Origin: Proteromonas lacertae
Taxonomy: Eukaryota
Length of the DNA stretch: 64,000 nucleotides
Assembly (NCBI GenBank): GCA_002245135.1
Contig: NGBS01001166.1
Location: 186,001-250,000, forward strand
Direction of reading: 5' to 3'
In this document: positions 12,266 through 26,989 of the stretch, in pieces
Layout of the letters: each line of letters begins with the position of its first letter
Position numbering within the stretch: position 1 is the stretch's first letter
Program-made: the position numbers and the translations under genes
The notes under the pieces: generated by a model
Seen by the model: only the letters and a program-made list of their open reading frames with translations
What the model was told of the DNA's origin: nothing
Database searches by the model: none

Positions 12266-13557
12266 ATGCCAGAACCGTCGTCTGAACAGTTATCAATGTC
12301 ACCTATACCTGATTCAACGACAGAAACAAATAATGAAGGTATGTTTTTAATATCTAACGTGTCTAGGTTATGAGATGTATGATGACTTACATCCTTTAAT
12401 CGAAGATTCTTCTCATAACTTTGCAGAACTTGAATCGCCCTATTTATCTCACAGTCTGTCAAGATTAGCTTTAGAAAAGTGCTGTTCACCTTTATCACCT
12501 AATTTATCCATACCACAGCTATCTCCATTTAAATGGTCGCCAACAGATCAACAAATAGTAACTCCACCAAAGCTTCCAGATGCTTCACAATCATCATCAG
12601 ATTTAACAGTCAAAGAAGAGATGGAAGAAGATAATCCTCCTCCAGTAGCACCTTTGCCTGAAGAAAAATCACCACAATTACAACAAAAACCACAATCAGA
12701 GCCAGATCCTTTACCGCCACTATCTCCAGAATAATATCTTTTTTATGTATTTGTAATATTAATCTATATACTTCTTTAACATTTGTAATTATACTGAAGA
12801 TTCTGATTCAGATGATTCTGATATTAATTCAGACCAACCAAATCTAAGAAGATCAACAGTATATATATATTATAAAATATACTAATAATGATAGAGACAC
12901 AAACGATTCAAGAATCTAGTTGAAGTAGTAGGTTTTGAACCAAGAGAAGTGAAGCTAAGACATCCTCATAGATGGAGTGCAGAAGAAGATGAACATCTAA
13001 AAGCAGCAGTGAAGCTAATAGGTGAAAGAAACTGGAGAAAAATAGCAACAAGTATATTTATATATTTATATATTTTATTTTTTGTAATAATAGAAGTTCC
13101 AGGTAGAAATCATGTTCAATGTTTACAAAGATGGAAGAAAGTATTAGCTCCAGGCTTAAAGAAAGGTCACTGGTCTCCTTCAGAAGATGAGGTATTAGTC
13201 AATCTTTTAAAACAAGGAGTGAATAAATGGACAACTATTGCTGAACAAATACCAGGAAGAACAGCTAAACAATGTCGTGAAAGATGGAATAATCATCTAG
13301 ATCCTGCTGTTAATAAAGGTGAATGGACTCCTAGTGAAGATAAGATAATAATTGATGGTCATTATCAATATGGTAATAGATGGTCAGTTATTGCGAAGTT
13401 ATTACCAGGAAGGACAGAGAATGCTGTGAAGATAAGATGGAAGAGTTTGGATAGGAAAGAGAGGAAGAAGAATAGATTGATGTTGAAAGAACAGATTAAG
13501 AAGCAAGAGATGTTGATGAAAAATGGGAAGAAAGATACAATAAAGATTGAAAATTAG
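12266..13557 (+). CDS. Three-repeat Myb (R1R2R3) transcription factor
   Basis: WSAEED..RNHVQCLQRW, KGHW..GRTAKQCRERW.NHLDP and KGEWT..GNRWS.IAKLLPGRTENAVK; N-terminal exons join via an AT-AC intron. Confidence 0.93.
12734..12794 (+). other. U12-type (minor spliceosome) AT-AC intron, 61 nt
   Basis: 5' ATATCTTTTT, branch TTCTTTAAC at 12772-12780, 3' TAC; removal converts the apparent TAA into TAT and restores the frame. Confidence 0.85.
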
Positions 13558-13777
13558 TTAATATTTTTAGATTTCGTGAATTTAAATTTTCCTAAATAGC
13601 GTATTAATAATGTATGTATTCTATCATTTTCTACAGTTTAAGATGATAAAATATTGTGTTTTTATTTATTATGACATGTTTTTTCTTTATAATTTGACTT
13701 TTTGGGTTATTTTAAAATTAAATAAAAAAGTAAAATAATAGTAATAATAATTATCTCAAAACAATAATAAACTAAAA

Positions 13778-15774
13778 TCATTTCAATAATCTCATTGAAT
13801 ATCCAGCTAATAATTCACATCTTATCTGTTGTATATTTTCACTACTAATAAATTCATTTGGTTGTAACGAATTGATTAAGGTAATAAAATATTCATACTG
13901 TTCAACACTGTAAAGTTTAACATCATATCTTATCAACCATATATTTAATTTCATTAATTTAATTAACAAACTATACAATAATAATAATAATAATATAATA
14001 TACATTGTTGGATAATCTAATAATTTCAATATATCATATATTGATGATGTTATTGCTTCTGTATAATTATGAATTTTATTCTCATTGCTTTTATCATTTG
14101 GTAGTTTCTTCATTGCTATGTAATTACTAATAACTGAATAATATTTATTAAGTAATTCTAAATTAGGTATTAATTCACTATCACAATAACATAATTCATC
14201 CAATACCACTATTAATATATATATATATATATAATAAGTTAATAATATATACATTTAACTACATCTAAATCATTATTACCATACAAATTATCCAATAAAA
14301 CAGTTGCCAATACAGATACAATTAAATTATAATATTTCCCTCTCAAAAACCACATTACTGCATTTCCATATAAACCTTTATTTACACAATCAATTCCTCT
14401 GATTTTACATATTTCGTTTATATAATCTGAATAATGATATTGTTTAGAATAATGTATCAATAAACTAGCATCATTGTCATCAACGATTGGATAAGAATGA
14501 ATCAATTCTTTCTGTAATATATTATAAAATGATTTATTATTATTATCATCAATTTGTGAGTATATTTCAAGATATTGTAATGATATATAATAATAATTTC
14601 TACCATAAAACTGTAAAAATGAACAATAATCATTCATTATATATTCTCTTAAAGACATTTCATTAGATTGAATAGAGGGGATTAATCCAGCAGTTATCAT
14701 AATATCAGATATATGAAATATCAACCATGAGTCTTTATATCCCATTATAAACTTAATAATTTGACTCAAATCACCTTTTAATAACATCAATATTTTACTC
14801 TCCTCTTTAGTGTGATTATTATTCTTATTATTATTTAATTTTATACAATTCTCAACGGTACTTTGTAAAACGTTAATATCTATAACTGGTGAAGTGTAGA
14901 GTAATAAAGACACTAATATCTCCGACCATTTTGAACTTAATCTTGAAATAATTGTTTTATTACCTGATAATATATCAAATACTTTCATCCAATTATCATC
15001 TACTTCATATAAGTGTTTTAATGATATTAATATTGAATGAAAAGTTCTCCATTTCTTCTCATATAATATTCTGTCAGTAATATTGTTGATATACTGTGGA
15101 TGGGATTGTATTATCATTATTGTCTATATATATAATGAATTATATTGATTTCTATTATACTTTTTTGAAGATACTATCTTCATCTTTAGATTCTGGTGCA
15201 CTTTGTAATACTTCTATTGCTTCATTAAACTATATATATAAATATTATAATAATATATATACTCTTCCTCTAACTAATGCATTTGTCAGTTTATTCCAAT
15301 CAAATACAACTGGTGTATTTTCTATCACATTGTCTGTATACACCATTACTATCCATCTTATTATTTTGGAGATTTGAAGTTCATCTTCTGCTGGTGTGTA
15401 TATAGAAGAAAAATCTAGTAATGTAACCATGATTGTCAAATGATTGATTAAATCACGAGTTCGTCTATTTTCTGGTAAATTTTGCAATGATGCAAGTTCA
15501 TTATTTATAATTTCAATATATCGTTTGTAACATTGAGGGTATAAGACTTGAGGTGCAATTTCTATCATTATATTCACAATAATATACTATTATTAGCATT
15601 TTCTTTGTGGAATTGAACAAAAACTTTATAAGAGTTGTGAATTATTCTAGAGTATGAAGGATGGAGTGAATTTGATAGTAATGATGCTGATAAATGTCTT
15701 CCGTTATTCATATTGTAATATTCATCATTTTTATCAATATTACAAAAATCTATACCTAATGGATCAACTTCCAT
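13778..15774 (-). CDS. Nucleoporin Nup85-like helical protein
   Basis: W..L..ALVRG.F.EA, W.E.LV..LLY..P, L.GD...I, W..FH..D, LREY....Y and G.A..W..R patterns; several mini-introns. Confidence 0.7.
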
Positions 15775-15834
15775 TTATAAAATGAAAATATAGCTCGGCT
15801 TGATTGTTTTTACTTTAGAATAATTTATTGAGCT

Positions 15835-16544
15835 ATGCAATTTAAAATTGACGATTTAGATGTTATTTTCCCGTATCATACCCATTATTACATTCTTATA
15901 GATATGAAAAGATATATCCAGAACAATATAAATACATGAAGTCATTAAAAACAGCATTGGATGCTAAGGGACATGCTTTATTGGAAATGCCTACTGGTAC
16001 TGGTAAAACTGCCGCATTACTGTCATTAATTACTTCATATAAAGAAAAACATAAAGAAATAGGAAAATTCATTTATTGCACACGTACTGTGCATGAAATG
16101 GATCAATGTATAACAGAACTAAAGCAAATAGAAAACACAAGGAAATTAATGAAAGGTGATTCATATAAGTCACTATTAGGATTATGTCTTAGTTCTAGAA
16201 GTCATTTATGTATAAATGAAGAAGTAATAAATAGTGAAGATTATATTGATTCACTATGTCGAGGAAAAACAGCAAGATGGGTAAGACAACAATCCAAAAT
16301 AGAGCATCCAGATTCAATGGAAGGATTATGTGAATATTTTGAAAATTTAGATACATCCATAGATTCAATAGCTTTAAAAAGAACAATTTATTCTTTAGAA
16401 GATTTAAGGAATTTTGGCAAGTCAAAATCAATTTGTCCATACTTTCTAGCTAGACAAATGTTACTATATAGTGATGTAATTATATTCAATTATCAATATT
16501 TATTAGATCCAAAAGTATCATCTTTAATATCATCAGATTTAGAA

Positions 16545-16589
<45 letters not shown>

Positions 16590-18345
16590 GAATAGAAAGA
16601 ATGTATAGTTGTATTTGATGAAGCTCATAATATTGACAGTGTTTGTGTAGAATCATTAACAGTAATATTAGATACAAATATCATAAAGAAAGCTGAAAAA
16701 CAAATACATACTTTAGAATCAAAGGTACAAGATTGTGAAAGAAATCAATCCAATCGATTGAAAGAAGAATATTTGAAATTAATTGGTGAATTAAACAGCC
16801 AAACCACTGGCAATAATAATAACAGTAATAATAGCAATGAAGTAGTAATATCAGGAGGTGAAGAACCATTAGCTACACCAGTAATAACGAATGAAATATT
16901 ATCAGAAATTGTGCCAGGAAATATAAGAAAAGCAAAGAAGTTTATTGAAATATTAAGTACAATATTGGCATTTATAAAAGATAAAATATGCAGTGATACG
17001 AATACAGAGATGGAAACTCCATTGTCGTTTAGATTAACACTTCAACAAGTATATATATAATTTACTATTATATAATACTATATTTATATAGAAAACTGGT
17101 ATTGATGAAAGAGTATTAAAAGCATGTAGTGCAAGACTAAGTTCATTATTATTAACACTGCAAGCTACCAATTATGAAGAATTTCACGAACTTTCTGAGA
17201 TTGCTAATTTCTGCACTTTGATTGGAACATATTTAAAAGGATTTATGATAATTAAAGAAACTTACAATCCATTCAGTAAAAATGATAATATATTAGATCC
17301 AATCTACGAATTAGCTTGTTTAGATGCAAGTATTTCAATCAAACATGTGTTTGACTATTTCCAATCCGTTATTATCACATCTGGTACTTTATCACCAATA
17401 GAATTCTATCCCAAAATATTAGAATTCCAACCAAAACAAATAGAATGTTTTGAAATGTCAGTGCATCGTAATTGTCTTTGTCCTTTAGTAATATCTAAAG
17501 GAAGTGATATGAATGATATCACTACAAAATTCGATGTAAGACACGATAGTGCAATAGTTAGAAATTATGCAGATTTGCTATTATTATTAGCTAAGACAAT
17601 TCCTGATGGTATTACATGGTTTTTCCCTTCATATGATTATATGGAGTGGATAATTGGACAATGGGATGATATTGGTGTTTTAAAGAGTATAATGGAATAT
17701 AAATTAGTATTCTTTGAGACTAAAGATGCTGTAGAAACATCCTGTGCTTTGAATAATTATAGAAGAGCTTGTGATAGTGGAAGAGGAGGTATATTTCTAT
17801 CAATTGCAAGAGGGAAAGTAGCTGAAGGTATTAATTTTGATGGTCATTATGGAAGATGTGTTGTTATTTGTGGAATTCCATTTTTGTATATTTATTTATT
17901 TATTTATTTATTTTTATATGTAGATCCTCTGAATCAAAGTCGTTAGAAGCGAGAGAGAATTATTTAAGAAGTGAATATAATATCAATGAAAATGAATTCT
18001 ATATATTTGATGCAATGAGACAAGTATATTTTTTAAATTATTTTTGTTTTTATTTAGACTGCTCAATGTACTGGCAGAGTAATAAGAGGTAAGAATGATT
18101 ATGGTGTTGTTATCTATGCTGATAAAAGATATACAGAAGAAAAGAGGAAGAAATTACCTGTTTGGATCAATCAGTTCATGAAATCTGATTATACAGATCT
18201 TTGTCCTTTTGAAGCTGTTCAATTAATTAAGAAATATCTTAAAGAAATTGTTCAACCTGTTGATGATGAAGAAGCAGATATAAATGAATTATCATCTCTA
18301 ACTAAATCACAGTTGGAACAATACGTTAAGATTAATCATTTATAA
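15835..18345 (+). CDS. ERCC2: TFIIH helicase XPD/Rad3
   Basis: FPYEKIYPEQ, LEMPTGTGKT, CPYFLAR, FDEAHNID, TSGTLSP, ARGKVAEGINF and GRVIRGK.DYG. Confidence 0.97.
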
Positions 18346-18439
18346 TTAATAGTATTTTGTAAGTCTTTTTTTTTATATTTAAATACCCCAATATATTTAA
18401 TAAGAATAACAATAAAACACAAAATTTTAACAAAAATGA

Positions 18440-19901
18440 CTATGCTTGTGAATAGTGATTTAATCTATACAACAATACTCTTCCTTTAGCATTTCCTATT
18501 GCTATATAACCACTATTTGGACTAAAGTCAACGTCATGAACATATTCTAATGGAGATTCTTTAGTAGGCCAGTTGGAATATACTGTCATTGTTGGTAAAT
18601 GAACTAATTTCAACTGATTCTTCTCAGAAAACGAATACATAGCCATAATTTGATTATCATGATTAAATTTAATACCGCCAACATAAGTTGTCAGATTTTT
18701 GAATGTTTTTAAGGGTTTTGGATTTTTTTCATTCACATTCTCCAATATATTTACATATACATTAACAATACCTGAATTAGAACCAACTGCACAATAACCA
18801 TTACTAGATACTGATATACAAGTGATTTTCATTGATCCTTCATCGTGAAATCTCTTTATACATTTATTTGTTTCTAAATTCCAAATGTAAACATCTCCTC
18901 CAACACCTCCTCCATATAAATACTGTGAATCTGTTGAAAATGTGACTGCGTAGACTGGACCATTGATTTTATAGTCATACAACCATCTATACGATGTACC
19001 ATCTATTAATATAATATATCCGTTACTGCCATAAAGTGCAATATATTTATAATCAGGTGAGACTGAGAATTTTGGATAACCATTTTCTTTTCTTCCCATT
19101 ATGTTTGGTATATTTTGTGATTTCCCTTCTTTTAAGTCATATACAAATATATTCTTTCTATCTTTACATATTGACAATATATTATCACCATTATTGATGA
19201 AAGATGATTGGATAATAGGAAAACCATCAAAAAATATACTATTAAATAGAATATTCTTTTTTCCATCTATTTTGAATATTCTTACAGTTTTATCAAAACC
19301 AGCTGTTAATAATAATTGACCTGATGGATGAAATTGAACAGATTGAATTACACACTATTGTATAAATAAAAAATAGAATTCATACTTTTGAATATTTGGA
19401 TATATTTGCATCTTTTAATCTTTGCACAGATATTATATTTGCTTCTAAAATTGTGGATTTTTTGTCTAAGGTTTTGGATGTAGAGTCTCTCATAAAAAAT
19501 TCTTCATCACTATCATCTGCTTCTGTCTTTTGTCTTTTTATATATTTTGCATTTGGATGTCTCATTTCATAACTATTATTGTAACAATTAATTCATCAAT
19601 AAAAATACAATTCTCGAAGTCTTTTATTATATTCTATACCATTTACATTCCTTTCTTCTTCTGATTTAAGTAGTTTTCTTGTTCTTCTTTTGTGTGATAT
19701 ATTAATTTCTGTATTTTCATCATCTTCATCTTGCCATACTGGAGAACCTTCTCTCTATTATTTATATAATCTTTAAAATACATTTTCTTCAAAATCTTCT
19801 TTTTCATCTGTTTCTATATCATTTTTACCAAACAGTGAGGATGTAAGTTCTTCATCTTCATCTTGATTGTAAATTACTTTCTCTGTTTCCTCGTTATTCA
19901 T
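18440..19901 (-). CDS. UTP18: U3 snoRNA-associated WD40 protein UTP18
   Basis: PVWQDEDD, RLKDAN, NLTT..FNHD.Q, LKLVHLPT.TVYSNWP and FSPNSGY.AIGN.KGRVLLYRLNHY. Confidence 0.95.
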
Positions 19902-19961
19902 GAAAATGCAAAACAATTTAACTTCAAGCCGAGTTTTTTTATTTCTCAAAAATCCAAAATA

Positions 19962-20867
19962 ATGGCTGATGAGCTTTATTCAGTAAGAAATGCTTTTTGG
20001 TGTGGATGTTATAATGTATGCTTTATTATTTTCTATCGTTTTTAGGCTGCTATTAAGGAAGCCACAGAAATTGGCTTAGAAGATCCTTCTTTAGAACTAG
20101 AAAGAACTATTTTTTTATTCAGATCAAAAATAGCATTGGGACAATGCGAAGCTGTATTTGGTAGTATACCAGAAAACGATGATAGACCAGTTATTGCAGC
20201 CATTGCAATGGAAGCTTTAATTTTATTCAAGGAAGAGTTAAAATCAGAAATTTTACCTAAATTACAAGAGATTGCTGTAAATACTAACGATCCAGTGATT
20301 CAAGTTATTGCTGCTCAATTATACTATCGAGACAATGATGTAGTAACTGCACTCAGATTATTAACTAGTAAACAATCATTAGAATGTCTCGCATTACAAG
20401 CACAAATTCATTTATCCTTAAATCGAATTGATTCAGCATTAGCAATCTTAAAAACAATGCAAAGTATTGATGAAGATTGTGCTTTAACACAAATTGTCAA
20501 CTGTTTATACTTATTAGCTGTAAGAGGTCCAAAATTGAATGAAGTATTGTTAATTTCTCAAGATTTAATGGATCGTTTTGGTGAGTGTCCTAAACTGTAC
20601 AATATACAAGCTGCAGGACATTTATTACTTGAACAATATGAAGAAGCATTACCTGTTGCACAAAAGGCATATGAAGAAGATGCTCAAAATCCAACTACTA
20701 TGATGAATTTAGTCACATGCTCTCTTCATTTAAATAAAACTGATATTGTTTCAAGTGTTATTAGTAAAGTACTTGAAGGTAATCCTCTTCATCCAGCTGT
20801 AAAATTTGCTATGAGTTTTGATGAAGAATTTGAAGCTGCTAAGAAGAAGTTCCAAACTGCTAATTAA
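19962..20867 (+). CDS. COPE: Coatomer epsilon subunit
   Basis: MADELYSVRNAFWCG.Y, LE..AL..QI.L..NR.D and MQSIDED..LTQ; TPR-like. Confidence 0.9.
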
Positions 20868-20988
20868 ACATTAAAAATAATATTATTAGATTCATTTGAT
20901 GTTTCTATTTTTAGTATGAAAGTACATAATTCAACAAACTGTTCATCAAGCTTATATTTAAAATCGGTTTTATTTTTTCTGTTACTAA

Positions 20989-21801
20989 ATGGAACTGTAT
21001 GAGTTAACTCCACCATTATGGGATGAAATAAAGAGCCGATTGAATCCTTCAGAATGGACTGAGGTACAAAGGATGCTTGGCTTTGATTTGATAAATGAGA
21101 ATCAAGTATTATATCTGCAATATAATTTCTATATTTGTATAGCAATTATATGAAGAAGCGAAATGTTTATTAGATATATTAGGAGAAGCTCAAATACAAA
21201 ATGAAGAATTGAGGGGAAGAGTAACCCAACACTCAATACTAGATGGAGCTGCTAAGTCATATCTAGAAAGACAAATATTAGATTTCATTGATCAGTTCAG
21301 AGTAAGACCAATAGCTCCAATTCTTGAATATCCTTTTTAAAAACAACACTAAAACATCCAGTTCCCTTAATAGAATATACTACTAAAGAAGAAAAGATAG
21401 TTAAATACATACAAAACAAAAATGCTAGTCCATCAAGGCCACAGTCAGCTTTATCTAGACCAGGCAGTGCATTCAGACCAGGTTCAAGTAGATCCTTTAA
21501 TAGTTGTCCTGAGCCTTATGCACCGTTAAGATCTATCTCAAAATCAATAAATGTATATTCTATAGATAAAGTAGCTGATCCATTGAAAGGTCTTTTGAGA
21601 GAAGAACAAGATAGGTATAATGAAGATATAGAGATGTTGAGAGAAGAATTAGAGAATGAAGTGACTTTTAAATGTGAAATTGAATCTGAGAAGAAAGAAC
21701 CATCTATAAAGGATATAAGAGCATTATCTCAGAAGCTGGAGAAGGAATTTAAGAATATTGATAATCCTGCACTTAATAATAACAATAATATTGAAACATG
21801 A
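20989..21801 (+). CDS. CCDC24-like coiled-coil protein (largely missed by the ORF track)
   Basis: MELYELTPPLWDEIKSRLNPSEWTEVQRMLG...L.EE...L.DIL; one GT-AG and one AT-AC intron join it to ORF 21583..21801. Confidence 0.7.
21328..21380 (+). other. U12-type AT-AC intron, 53 nt
   Basis: Canonical ATATCCTTT donor, branch TTCCCTTAAT at 21362-21371, 3' TAC; GA|T restores the frame. Confidence 0.9.
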
Positions 21802-21920
21802 AGTAATTGTTATTATTATATATGTAAATTATAATCTATTTATTTAATTCTTTATTTTATTGTTGTTGTGGAGGTGTATTATATAAATAAGCGAAAATAT
21901 ATAAATAAAATAAAAGCAAA

Positions 21921-23268
21921 TTACACATCTAAATTCTGTATTATTTTCATAACATCCTGTAAGTCATTTTTGTCAATTCCTATTAAACCATTTTCTTTTA
22001 ACTGAATATATCTATTATCTGCCGTTCTGATCATTATTCCTCTACTACTTATACTAGATATTTCCCCTTCTCCTTCTTCACCGTCATATTTATGAAAATA
22101 TACTTTATCGTTTTTCTTTAATTTGGTTAAATCACTCAATAACAATGGTTGAGTTGAAGGAGAATAATCTACTCTAGGCTTCTTTGCTGGAGGTAAATGT
22201 AAATAATCCTAAACTATTATTATTACCTGAATTGTCTGCTGTAGTTTTAATAACGTTCTTTTGTGGCGAAAAACTTGTATATTCTGGAGGTGAATCAGCA
22301 TTTGAATTAATATTATTATTATCATCATCGTCAGGTATAGTTTTTATAGGTGATGAAGAAAAAGCAGAGGACAACAAATCAGTACTTGCAAATTCAAAAT
22401 CAGTAGAATCAGCAACAGAAGTTGTTTTACTATTTGTATCTTTATTTGAAGTATTCTCACTATCAGAACCTTCATAAGATACTTCAACATTATTATTATT
22501 ATATTCATCCAAGTTCAAATTAGTAGAAGAAGATTGAGAAGTTGGCGGTGGTGGCGGTGGAGGGATAGATTTTAAAGGAGGTGACATAGATGGAAGTGGA
22601 GGTGATGATATATTTGATACATATTGACTTGATAATTGAGGCGATAAGTGAACAGGTTGAATTGGAGATTCTACAGGTGTTGATGGATTTGATGGTAGGT
22701 TCTTTTTAGATTGTTTTTTCATTAATGTTTTTAATAAATTGCTTGTTTTGGGTGGTTGAGATGATGTTACTAACGGTGAAGGTGTGGAAGATGGGTTGGA
22801 TTGGTTTATGATTGGCATATCTACAGAACTTGAATTACTATTATGTATAAGTTTATTACTTGGTATATTGGATGAAAAAGATTGCAGTTGTTGTATATCA
22901 TTTGATTGGTTATTACTATTATTAGAAGCTGATAGTACAATATCTTGAAATTGTGTAGACAAATGGTTATTATTATTATTATTATTATTAGCGAATGGGT
23001 TTTGTGGATCTTGATAACCTAACAGTGTTGAAGTTTGTGAATGATTTTCTGGAGATGCAGAGGATGAAGATATTGTATCTTGATTATCTAAGATATTATT
23101 GCTTTGATTGTCACTACTGTTGTTTAGTTTATTGTTATTGTCATCCAATGAGAAAGATGAACACCTGCTTCTATTTCCTTCTTTATTGCTACTATTAATG
23201 ATATTATCATTGTTATTATATGGTTGCATTGTTGGACTTAATTCAAATGCAGCAAACATAGGTGACTC

Positions 23269-23303
<35 letters not shown>

Positions 23304-26300
23304 CTATTTCATTTATATCAGTTAATTGATTTGATTCTGGTTTGGATACTGTAGGTGAATATGAAGCTTCAGATTGAGAATAACTTAATGTATTATTATT
23401 ATTATTGTGACTTTTATTATGATTTTTAATGTTAATATTTACAGGTGAAAATGCATTGGATGTATCTAAGATTGGTGTAATGGGAGGTTTATTTGTCATT
23501 AACTTATTATTATTATTGTTTGAATCATTAACTTTTAGTCTTTTCTTTGGATTTCCATCATCATCATCATCATTATCATCACTGAAACTAGTATCTTTTC
23601 TTTTTACCATTTTACTTGAACTACTAGTTTTATCATCATCATCATCTTCAAGTTCTAAAGTCAAACTATTCCTTGTTGGTGATGTAGAAGTAGTAGTTGT
23701 TGTAATATTCTGATTGTTGTTTTTATTCTTATTTGAACTAATTGCAGAGGGAGGTAAAAGTGTTGCATTTACAGTAGTTGTAGTGGATAGTTTGGGTGGG
23801 GGTGTTTGTGGTTTAAATGGAGATGTATGTGCATATTGAGAATGAGGAGAAACTCTTTTCTTTGTTATATCATCATCTTCGTTTATACCATCATCATTTT
23901 TATTATTATCTTTGTCTTTATTATTATTAATATTAGATGTAACTGGTTTTGGAGTATTTTCTTTATTTATTGTAACTTTATTACTAAACATACTCTTTTT
24001 CATCATAATATTATTTAATGTTGGTCTTGCTCCGGAAAGAATAGGTATTTTATTAACTGGTAGTAATGGTTTAGGTAGAGATAGTTTGGATGATTGTTTA
24101 GGAGGCGGTGCAGGTTGTTTCAATGGTTGTATTGGTTTAGATTTCTCTACAGATGATGATGGGTTAGATGATGATGATGATGTTGGTTTAGTAGGTTGAG
24201 AATTTAAAGGAGGCTTTTGTTTAGATGTAATTTGAGAAGTTGAAGTAGATGGTACAGATGGTTTAGTAAGTTTTTGTGGTTGTGGTAGTTGTTGTGATTG
24301 TTTGTTAGGCTTTGATTGGGGTGTAGATGTAATTTTACTCTTTGATAAAAAAATTCCAACTTTATTTCTATTAATTCCAATTGTTGGTTGATTCTTTTTT
24401 ACTGGTAATTTGCCAGGTAAAGAGGGAACTAATGATTGTTGTGATAGTATAGATGATGGAGGTAATAATGGTTTATTATTATTATTCTTTTCTCGTGGCG
24501 GAGGTGGAGGTTGAACTAATGGTTGATTTGCAAATGGACGTAATTCATTACTTGGTTTATTAGATTGTTTCTGAGTATTATTATTATTATTATTAACATT
24601 TAATTTAGAATCAGATCTATTATTATAACTACTTGCATTATTATTAATGCTATCAGTAGTAAGAGATGGTTGTATTAATATTGGTTTATTTGATTTTTCT
24701 TTATTTTTAGGAGGTAAAGGAGGAGGTATGGAATATATCATTATCTTCATCTATTTTACTAGAAGTATCTTCACTATCAACTGTATCTGTATATATTAAT
24801 TGATGTTCTATTGGAGAATCATCTGATTGTAGTTTGGGTGTGTTAGATTTAGAGGAAGAAGCTGAAGATGATGAAATTACAGTTTTATTATTATTATTAA
24901 TAAGAGATTTTGGTTTATTATGAGAAGTAGAAGAAGAAGGAGGAGTTACTTTTGATAGTATTAGTTGTGGTTGAGGTAATAATGGTATTATCTTCTTTTG
25001 GAGTGGAGTTGGTTGATCTAATGATGATATAGTTTGTTTACTGAGAGGTAATTTGATTGGTTTATTTGGAGTAATATTTGTAGATTTTGGCTGTTGTATT
25101 GTTTTAGGTTGTTGTTGTTGTTGTTGTTGCTGCTGCTGCTGTTGTGTTGTTGTTGCTGAATTAGAAGGTAACGATGGAGATGAATGCAAAGGAGGAGGTG
25201 AAGAAGGTAATAACTGTGATGGAGATTGTTTAGCTTTATTATTATGATTATTTTTGATAATAATATCATCATCATTATCTTCTTCTTCTTCTTCATTATC
25301 CATTACAGGTGGAGGTGGTAATGAATCAATATTACTATAATCATTATCATTAAGATCTTCATCATCATCATCATCTGCATAAATTACTTCATGAGTAACT
25401 TCATTATTAGATTTATTAGATGGTTTATTAGGTTGATTAACTTTCTCTTTCTGAGGTTGTTGTTGTTGCTGTTGTTGTTTTTGTGTTTGTTTATTCTTCT
25501 CTAATAGTTTCGGTTGTAGAGGTAATGGTTTTGCTTTCTGTATTAAATTAGTTCGATTGGGAGGTGAATTCTTAAATGGTTTATTACTAATAACATTACC
25601 ACTTTTATTATTGTTATTTCCTATCTTTGATTTATTATTATTATTATTATCTGATTTATTCTTCATTTTTATTCTATTATTCTTCTCTAGTTTCTTTAGT
25701 TTATTTTTATTGGTTACTTTTTTATTATTATTTAATGAATATTCTTCCTCTTCCTCATCAGATGTTGTTTCATCATCATCTTCCTCTTCTTCTTCTTCTT
25801 CTACCGCTTTATATTGTTTTTCTTTTTCTTTTTCTCTTTCTTTCTCTTTATTCTTCTTTTCAATCATCAATCTATACTTTTCTCTTTCCTTTTCCATTTC
25901 TATATCCTTTTCTTTCTCCTTTATTTTTCCTATTCAACTTTATCATTTCATCTTCATCACTACTGTCATTCTTATTGTTTATTATATTATCTATATCACT
26001 CATATATAAAACACTATTACTATTATCATTTTCATCTTCATCTGTACTATCCATCAATGCTAGGAATGATTCCGTATTATCTATTTGTGATAACATTGAT
26101 TCATTAATGGTATAATTACTAGAATAAGGACTATTTTCATTATTAAAACTACCATCTTCATATTCAAAATCATTTTTTAAATGATTGATTGTAGCTTGCA
26201 GTAGCAAGATTCCGATGTGAAAATATGTCATTTCGTATTGGAAATCTGTGTCTATTCTTTCAGAATAATATTTTAGTGGATTATGTCTTTCTATACGTAT

Positions 26301-26743
26301 GTGAAAAATTGATTTTGCTTCAATACAAAAACTAGAAGGTTATACAATAAAGATGTTATACATATTCGGCAATTTTAAGTATCCCAGCAGTTGGACAACA
26401 ACATATCCAGGTTTTGTGTAGAACTTATCTAGGATATTTTTATACTTTTCTTCTTTAAGCGAAATTATTGGCAATATCTATGCATTATAATATCAGCTAT
26501 ACAATAGCTGGCCAAAAGAACTTTTCTTTTCTTTCAAATATTTTGGCGGCATTTGCCCAACAGATGTGTTCCTCATCACATATATCATTGTCTATCTTCC
26601 TAATTTGCTCTTCAAGAATATTCATTTCATTATTATCGATATTAGTACCCTACAGGAAGATTATTTGATTAATGATAATATACATCATTAGTAAGTGTTC
26701 TAACAACTTCATTGAGTGTTACATTCCTTAGTTTCTCGTCCAT
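21921..26743 (-). CDS. Large PWWP-like-domain protein with an extensive N/S/P/Q low-complexity region
   Basis: ICWAN...FFWPAII near the N-terminus; four ORF-track segments join via introns and apparent 1-2 nt indels at about 25925, 24735 and 22210. Confidence 0.6.
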
Positions 26744-26989
26744 AATTATTTAAAACTTGATATTTAGCATTTAAATAAAGAAATTAAACTTGAAGTATGG
26801 TTTGATTTGTGGCCACCCAGGAAAATACTGACAAAAGTGGCTCAAAAGTGACTTTTTTAATCTGAAACTGAATTTAAGAAATATTAATTAATTGTCGTCT
26901 TTTATCATAATTACACTGTTAAGGGAATCAAAATATTTTATATGATCAAATATTTCAGTTTTTAAGAAAACTTATATCACATTCAAATT

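Noticed and set aside
16547..16583. (AT)n microsatellites in introns (also about 1548, 14215 and 52502) and poly-N/Q codon runs
   Set aside because: Ordinary slippage repeats in an AT-rich genome
21921..26231. Programmed ribosomal frameshifting at frame breaks (also about 5560 and 63102)
   Set aside because: Breaks fall in homopolymer or dinucleotide runs in unrelated genes and in both directions; consensus indel errors are the simpler explanation
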